This document shows, piece after piece, positions 52,641-64,000 of a stretch of DNA of 64,000 nt. Origin of the DNA: Eledone cirrhosa. Lineage: Eukaryota. The stretch is taken from NCBI GenBank assembly GCA_964016885.1, contig OZ024743.1, positions 52,080,001-52,144,000 of the forward strand, in the 5' to 3' direction. Under the pieces are notes generated by a model. It did no database searches and was not told the DNA's origin. It saw only the letters and a program-made list of their open reading frames with translations. Every line of letters starts with the position of its first letter. Position 1 is the stretch's first letter. A program made the translations under genes and the position numbers.

Positions 52641-53052
52641 TGGTGGCTGCCAACTCGTTTTCGAGTATGGCCACTACTTTATATCCATGTAGGAGAACCC
52701 CTACCGATGCGCTGAACGAGTGTGACTTTTTAGTCCAGCCAGCGACTTGAAAACTCTGGTACAAACACTACACTTGTGACAATTATTGACAATTAGTGCT
52801 GGGCCCATGGTATCATGTGACGACAAATGCAGGGAGATCTCCAGATATAAAGCAATGCCTGTGCCGTGAAGCTTTTATAGTGAGCAAAGGCACTGCACAA
52901 AGCCAGTCCCACTCTCTTAACCAAGATGATATTTACCAAAAAGAAGAACACGTCAACATCATTGGATACCATCAGAGTTGCAGGTGTTATATCAGAGTTT
53001 TCCTTCTCCTAGAATTCTGCCTTGACAAAGGCTAAGGGGTCATCTCTCCCAA

Positions 53053-55529
<2,477 letters not shown>

Positions 55530-55530
<1 letters not shown>

Positions 55531-56330
55531 TTTATTAAAATAACAGATTAAAGTTTAAGCAAAGAATCGCTGAGGTATGTGTGTGCGCTTGTTATATACG
55601 TATTTATTTACTTATATACGTTTATATAATTATTTATTTATTTGTACACAAGCATACACACACACATACATATTTATATGTGCGTGGTTTTGTATACCTA
55701 TGGTAAGGTTTTGCGTATGCTTGTGTATGTACGTATCTGTTTGCGTGTATGTATTTATTTGTTTCTATTACTTCTGTATTGTATTTATTTACTTTGTTCT
55801 TAACTCTGTAGCGGAGATCCATTTGGTCTCCTAGTTCGAATTTTAGTCTACAACTTCTGCTATACCATTTACGTGGTTTTGTCTTTGCGTGCTATTTTTC
55901 TCCACGCTCCACATATGACTTATTATCTTCGTTTTTTCCTTCATTGCCAGAGAACGTCTCTTTGCACCACCTAAGAGAACATTAGTCTACAACCTCTTTT
56001 ATACCATAAACGTGGTTCTGTCTTTGCGCGTAATTGTTTTTCTCCGCTCCTATTAATTACGTATAATTCGTTTTTTCCCGTTCTTTGCCAGCGAACGTTT
56101 CCAGGAACCAAAGTATCGTCCTTCCTGTTTTCCTCCGGTTGCAACGTTTTTTGAAATATCCAGTTCTGCGTTTACAGATTGACTTCGTTAGTTTCAGAAG
56201 ATTCCGTTAAGGGTGAAAGCAGCGATTCTTTGCTTAAATTTTAATCTGTTATGTTAATAAATATTTGCTCTACGGTTCTTATATATTTGATATATATTTT
56301 CCTTATCGAGCCCTCTTTGGATTTTAGTCT
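55530..56330. mobile_element. Unclassified repeat with inverted ends and internal ~135-bp direct repeats
   Basis: ATAACAGATTAAAGTTTAAGCAAAGAATCGCTG at 55540 is inverted near 56220; repeats at 55843/55982; shares sequence with 9390-9640. Confidence 0.6.
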
Positions 56331-56349
56331 TCAATTTTATTATTATTAC

Positions 56350-56428
<79 letters not shown>

Positions 56429-56429
56429 T

Positions 56430-56505
<76 letters not shown>

Positions 56506-56521
56506 ATATATATATATAAAG

Positions 56522-56564
<43 letters not shown>

Positions 56565-56619
56565 TATATATATATAATATATATATATAAAGATATATAT
56601 AATATATATATATATATAT

Positions 56620-56864
56620 ATGGAAAGTTATATTTAAATTGTTGTGTTACAACTAGTAAATATTTATAACTGATATAAAAGCACTCGACAAATTGCAAGA
56701 TAAGTCAACATGAATGGATCTGTTATTTTTATCTAAAGACATTTTTTCCAATTCCAAATCTATCTATCGTCCGAAACGGCATAGCATATTGTTAATATGT
56801 TATCCCTGAAATATATATAATGAAATAAATATGGTTTTATAAATATAGTTTCCATTTATTTAAT

Positions 56865-56910
<46 letters not shown>

Positions 56911-57300
56911 ATATATATATATATATTTGTTCCATGCATTTCTTCTTTTTCTTCCTTTTCTTCGTTTTCTCTCTTTCTTTCTTTTTTTCTCTCTTTCTTT
57001 CTCTCTGTGTAAAATTTTTTCACTGCCAGTTTAACCTCTTAAAATGCAAGTCGGTGTTATTACGGTATGTCGAATCTATTTATCTATAAAACTGTTTATA
57101 TTATATTTTGTCTGAGGAAGGCATAGCATATTGTTAATATGATATCCCCGAAATATATATAATGAAATAAATATGGTTTTATAAATATAGTTTCCATTTA
57201 TTTAATATTGTAAATATACTCCAAATATTTGTCGAGTGCTTTTATATCAGTTATAAATATTTACTAGTTGTAACCCAACAATTTTAAATATAACTTTCCA
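56620..57300 (+). mobile_element. Non-coding Penelope pLTR-like cassette with ~75-bp inverted ends inside (TA)n
   Basis: TGGAAAGTTATATTTAAA...GCACTCGACAAAT is inverted at 57226-57300; internal direct repeat 56779-56870 / 57120-57212 carries the hammerhead. Confidence 0.7.
57104..57169 (+). ncRNA. Minimal type I hammerhead ribozyme (family D; stem II with mismatches)
   Basis: UAUUUUGU-CUGAGGA-aGGcAUAgCAUAUU guu AAUAUGaUAUcCCc-GAAA-U AUAU A-UA-AUGAAAUA. Confidence 0.72.
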
Positions 57301-57328
57301 TATATATATAATATATATATTTTTATAT

Positions 57329-57359
<31 letters not shown>

Positions 57360-57412
57360 ATATATATATATAATATATATATATATATATAATATATATA
57401 TATAATATATAT

Positions 57413-57444
<32 letters not shown>

Positions 57445-57446
57445 AT

Positions 57447-57478
<32 letters not shown>

Positions 57479-57558
57479 ATATATATATATAATATATATA
57501 TATAATATATATATTTTTATATAATATATAATATATATATATATATATAATATATAAT

Positions 57559-57592
<34 letters not shown>

Positions 57593-57634
57593 ATATATAT
57601 ATATAATATATATATATAATATATATATATATAT

Positions 57635-57679
<45 letters not shown>

Positions 57680-57959
57680 ATATATAATATATATATATAA
57701 TATATATATATAATATATAATATATATATATATAATATATATATAATATATATATAATATATATATAATATATATATAACAAGTATCAGTTCCTGTATGA
57801 GCAAGACAAGGTCAGCCGACTGGGCACTGCCCACAACAGGACAACCCGTCTAACCCATGCTAGTGTGGAAGAACAGATGTAAAACGGTGTGATGATATAC
57901 ACAAGTATAATTAATATGAAGCATTGTGAGATATGTAACATCAATTATATATTTATATA

Positions 57960-58156
57960 TACAACATGCATTCAGGAAGTTTTGAGACTTCTTCATGAGA
58001 GACATTTATTAATTTCAAAGAAGTACAAAACTCTAATCACTTTTAAAGTAGGATCCTCTGACTTCAATGCACTTGTAGTGCTCCAACCACTTCGTGAAGG
58101 CCCAATGGAAGTCCTCCAAAGTGAAGCTGTTGAAAACCCTTGTCACAGCCTTCTTA
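57960..58156 (-). mobile_element. Mariner transposase 3'-end remnant
   Basis: KKAVTRVFNSFTLEDFHWAFTKWLEHYKCIEVRGSYFKSD resembles a mariner C-terminus (W.KC....G.YF). Confidence 0.6.
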
Positions 58157-58387
58157 CACACACACACACACACACAAAGGCAGTCACACAAAGGCAGTAT
58201 AAATAAATAAATAAAATAAACACACAAGCATACACATAAATAAATATAATAAACACACACATAAGGAATTATATCCTCAATTTATCCAACAATTTTATAG
58301 TTAAAATCATGCATTGTTGTGGCTTTGTCAAAAGCCAAACACAATTTCAAATTTCTTTCTTACAACATTCTTTGTAGATGTTTAATT

Positions 58388-58454
58388 TATATATATATAT
58401 ATACATATATATATACATATATATACACACATATATACACATATATATATACAC

Positions 58455-58499
<45 letters not shown>

Positions 58500-59315
58500 C
58501 ATATATATATATACATATATATATATATACATATATATACATATATATATATACATATATATATACATATATATATATACATATATATATACACATATAT
58601 ATATACACATATATATATATACATATATATATACATATATATATATACATATATATATATACATATATATATATATACATATATATATGTATACATATAT
58701 ATACACATATATATATATACATATATATACACATATATATATATACATATATATACACATATATATATATACATATATACACATATATATATATACATAT
58801 ATATACACATATATATATATACATATAATATACACATATATATATATACATATATATACACATATATATATATATACATATATATACACACATATATATA
58901 TACATATATATACACATATATATATATATATACATATATATACACATATATATATATACATATATATACACATATATATATATACATATATATACACATA
59001 TATATATACATATATATACACATATATATATATACATATATATACACATATATATATATATACATATATATACACATATATATATATACATATATATACA
59101 CATATATATATATATACATATATATACACATATATATATATATATACATATATATACACATATATATATATATATACATATATATACACATATATATATA
59201 CATATATATACATACATATATATATACATATATATACATACATATATATATACATATATATACACACATATATATATATACATATATATACACATATATA
59301 CATATATATACATAC

Positions 59316-59348
<33 letters not shown>

Positions 59349-59637
59349 CACATATATACATACATATATATACACATATATATATATACATATATATACA
59401 CATATATATATACATACACATATATACACATATATATATACATACACATATATACACATATATATATACATACACATATATACACATATATATATACATA
59501 CACATATATACACATATATATATACATACACATATATATACATATACATATATATAATATATAATACATATACATATATATACATATACATATATATATA
59601 TATACATATATATAAATATACATATACATATATATAC

Positions 59638-59687
<50 letters not shown>

Positions 59688-60697
59688 ACATATATATATA
59701 TACTACATATACATATATATACATATACATATATATATACATATATATATACATATATATATATACATATATACACATATATATATACACAATATATATA
59801 CATATATACACATATATATATACATATAATATATATACATATATACATATACATATATATACATATACATATATACATATACATATATATACATATATAT
59901 ATATACATATACATATATATACATATATATATACATATATATATATACATATATATATACATATATATATATACATATATATATACATATATATATATAC
60001 ATATATATATACATATATATATATACATATATATACATACATATATACACATATATACACATATATATATATACATATATACATATATACACATATAATA
60101 TATACATATATACATATATATATACATATATACACATATATATATATATACATATATACACATATATATATATACATATATACACATATATATATATACA
60201 TATATACACATATATATATATACATATATACACATATATATATATACATATATACACATATATATATATACAATATAACATATATATAATACATATATAC
60301 ATATATATATACATATATACATATATATAATATACATATATACATATATAAATAATACATATATACATATATATATACATAATATACATATATATACATA
60401 TATACATATATATATATACATATATACATATACATATATACATATATACATATATATATATACATATACATATATATATATACATATACATATATACATA
60501 TATATATATACATATATACACATATATATATATACATATATACATATACATATATACATATATATATATACATATATACACATATATATATATACATATA
60601 TACATATACATATATACATATACATATATACATATATACATATACATATACATATATACATATATACACATATATACATATTCATATATACATATAC

Positions 60698-60750
<53 letters not shown>

Positions 60751-60804
60751 CATATACATATATATATACATATACATATACATATATACATATACATATA
60801 TATA

Positions 60805-60837
<33 letters not shown>

Positions 60838-60974
60838 ATAAATATATATATATATATACATATACACATATATATATATACATATATACATATATATATA
60901 TACATATACACATATATATATATACATATATACATATATATATATACATATACACATATATATATATACATATA

Positions 60975-61008
<34 letters not shown>

Positions 61009-61333
61009 CACATATACATATACATATATACATATACATATATATATATATATACATATACACATATACATATACATATATACACATATACACATATACA
61101 TATACATACATATACATATATATATATATACATATACATATATACATATATATACATATATACATATATATACATATATATATACATACATATACATATA
61201 TATACATATACATATATATACATATACATATATATATATATATACATATATACATATATATACATACATATATATATATACATATATATATATATACATA
61301 TATACATATATATACATACATATATATATATAC

Positions 61334-61418
<85 letters not shown>

Positions 61419-61711
61419 CATATATATATACATATATATACATATATATATATACATATATATACATACATATATATACATATATATATATACATATATA
61501 TACATATATATACATACATATATATACATATATATACATACATATATATACATATATATACATATATATACATATATATACATATATATACATATATATA
61601 TATACATATATATACATATATATATACATATATATACATATATATATACATATATATACATATATATATACATATATATACATATATATATATATATACA
61701 TATATATATAC

Positions 61712-61742
<31 letters not shown>

Positions 61743-61790
61743 CATATATATACATATATATACATATATACATACATATATATACATATG
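58388..61790. repeat. (TA)n(CA) microsatellite array, 3.4 kb
   Basis: direct inspection. Confidence 0.97.
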
Positions 61791-61843
61791 TGATGTGTTT
61801 GTAGATGTATCATCATCATAGACATAAAACGGTAATGATGTTG

Positions 61844-61877
<34 letters not shown>

Positions 61878-62467
61878 GCAGCATAAATAAACACACACTC
61901 ACACACATAACTTTACACATACTCATACGCGCATTACATTTTCTTCCCCCTCAGTTTTAAATTTTCAATATGAAAGATGAAAACAATGGAAATATTTTGG
62001 ATGCCAACCCTTGGTCTTACAGTGGATAAAATCTACCCAATTTCTGATTTATACTGGACCATGTCCACCTACCTTCAAGGACCATGCAGCTGCTTTTAGG
62101 TAGGCAGAAGTTAATAAAAAAAAGCATGCAAACACACACATAATATACACACATACATTATATATATACATATATATATATATATACACATATATATATA
62201 TATATATACAGTATATCCCCATAACTTGCTAAATATAATTCTCGATACTATGAACTGTAACCATGGTATGGTGCACTTCCAACACCTCCCCTGCTAAAGG
62301 ACTTTTTGGCAAAAAGCTGATGCTGATGTCATTGAATTTATTTGAATCACTTGAAGATGCTGTGCTCATTCTAGTTCTCAACTAGGACATATCAGTCTGA
62401 AATGAACAAACCTACAGGCCAGCCAGATCACAAAGAGTCCTCCATTGAAATTTTACTAATTTTACAT

Positions 62468-62860
62468 TGGACCACACCCATGTGTTATATTTTCTGATAT
62501 TAGACCCCACCCATATTTTATATTTTCCTACACAAGACCATGCCATATATATTTTTACATTTGACCACACCCACATTGTATATTTTCTTCCATTAGACCA
62601 CATATTTTATATTTTTACATTTGACCACACCCACATTGTATATTTTCTTCCATTAGATCACATATTTTATATTTTTACATTTGACCACACCCACATTGTA
62701 TATTTTCTTCCATTAGACCACATATTTTATATTTTTACATTTGACCACACCCACATTGTATATTTTCTTCCATTAGACCACATATTTTATATTTTTACAT
62801 TGACCACACCCACATTTCATATTTTTCTTATATCAGTCCACACCCACATTTTCTATTTTG
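62468..62860. repeat. 60-bp minisatellite (about 4 near-perfect copies with degenerate flanks; ~30-bp GACCACA subunits)
   Basis: TTGACCACACCCACATTGTATATTTTCTTCCATTAGACCACATATTTTATATTTTTACAT at 62561, 62621, 62681, 62741. Confidence 0.92.
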
Positions 62861-64000
62861 TTTATGGACCATATAGATCTTTTCCCATTCTAGAGTAAAC
62901 TACTCCCATCCTATCCATTTTTACAGTAGATCACACCGATCTTAACTATTCTTACAATAGATCACACCGGTCTTAGCTATTCTCACAACAGACCACAACC
63001 ATTCTTACTGTAGACTGCATCCACCCTATCAGTTCTTACAGTGGACCACATCCATCTTAGCTATTCTTGTTTTCCTTTTTAATTTTACATTCGAAAATAT
63101 ATTTTGTGCCCTCATATGTACAAGTCATAATGTACAACACAGTGTATAACCTCAAAAAACACACAAACCAATTCATATTTTTTGATGTTTCTGTTCATAT
63201 ATATGACTTAAATACATGTTTGCTATTATTGTTTCCTAGGCATGTCAAACAACTTTAGTGATGTATATGTCCCCAATGTTCAGACACAAAAAACTCTAAA
63301 CACAAAGGAAAGCATTTAACCATTACAATACCATTCTTCTAATGACAGACACTACTAATAGTTTACAAATCATTTAGAAAATAATCAAAAATTTGGAGGG
63401 ATTTAGTAATATAAGTAACTTTTTCATTATTATGTTAGTGAAACACAATAAAGGTTCTTATATAAAAGTTTGATGGAAAGGATTTAGATAAACAAAAAAT
63501 ACATTAAAATAGTTATGTATTGTATGTAGAAGCTTCAGCAGTTTCAGGCAGTTTGGTACCAAACTGTTTAATTGCTGATACTTTCATACATTTCAAAATT
63601 ATGCGAAGATGCTAAAGGAACTATTTACTATCTGAACTATGGTGATTGAAAAAGGACAGAAGCTGAATCTTTATGCATACTGGTACACCATGATGCTATG
63701 TGAATATTGCAAGGTTTTGACAAAACAGTGAGAGCAGGATGACTTTCAATGTTTAGAACTTAGAACTCAACAGAGAGGACATATTCATCACTTGATGAAA
63801 ATATCAAGCATATTACTTTGCTAATATAATTTTTCTTTTCATGTTAAATTATATAATTGTTTCTACTTTTGGCACAAGGCCAGCAATTATCCCAGTGTAT
63901 TACTGGTACTTTATTTTATCGACCCTGTAAGGGTGAAAGGCAAAGTTAACCTCAGCGGGCTTTGAACTCAGATCATAAAGGGAGGTAACTCTATGCTTCA

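Noticed and set aside
62467-62898. 143-aa repetitive ORF / possible CRISPR
   Set aside because: 60-bp minisatellite with identical units; no protein homology or splice context recognised.

Overview
AT-rich, intron-rich animal genomic DNA, most likely octopus/cephalopod (inferred from repeat style: long TA/TACA arrays, tRNA-derived SINEs, an RTE LINE). Positions 386-30366 carry 26 minus-strand coding exons of BIRC6 (Bruce/Apollon), including the BIR zinc-binding domain. All have GT-AG boundaries and join in one continuous frame (7154 nt, about 2384 codons). The gene runs off the left edge. I could not find the first coding exon, so 30367-64000 is probably a single intron of more than 33 kb. 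That region holds a DD37D (maT) Tc1/mariner copy, a decayed Penelope-like element, a near-intact RTE LINE with a PHD finger inside its RT, two truncated RTE copies, a non-autonomous Helitron, SINEs, long microsatellites and a 200-N gap. A second Helitron and a piggyBac-type MITE lie in the smaller introns. The two most unusual signals are (1) five complete minimal type I hammerhead ribozyme folds from four sequence families, several in inverted-repeat cassettes beside TA microsatellites, and (2) a 36-bp tandem repeat that has multiplied a BIRC6 5' splice site six times in frame.
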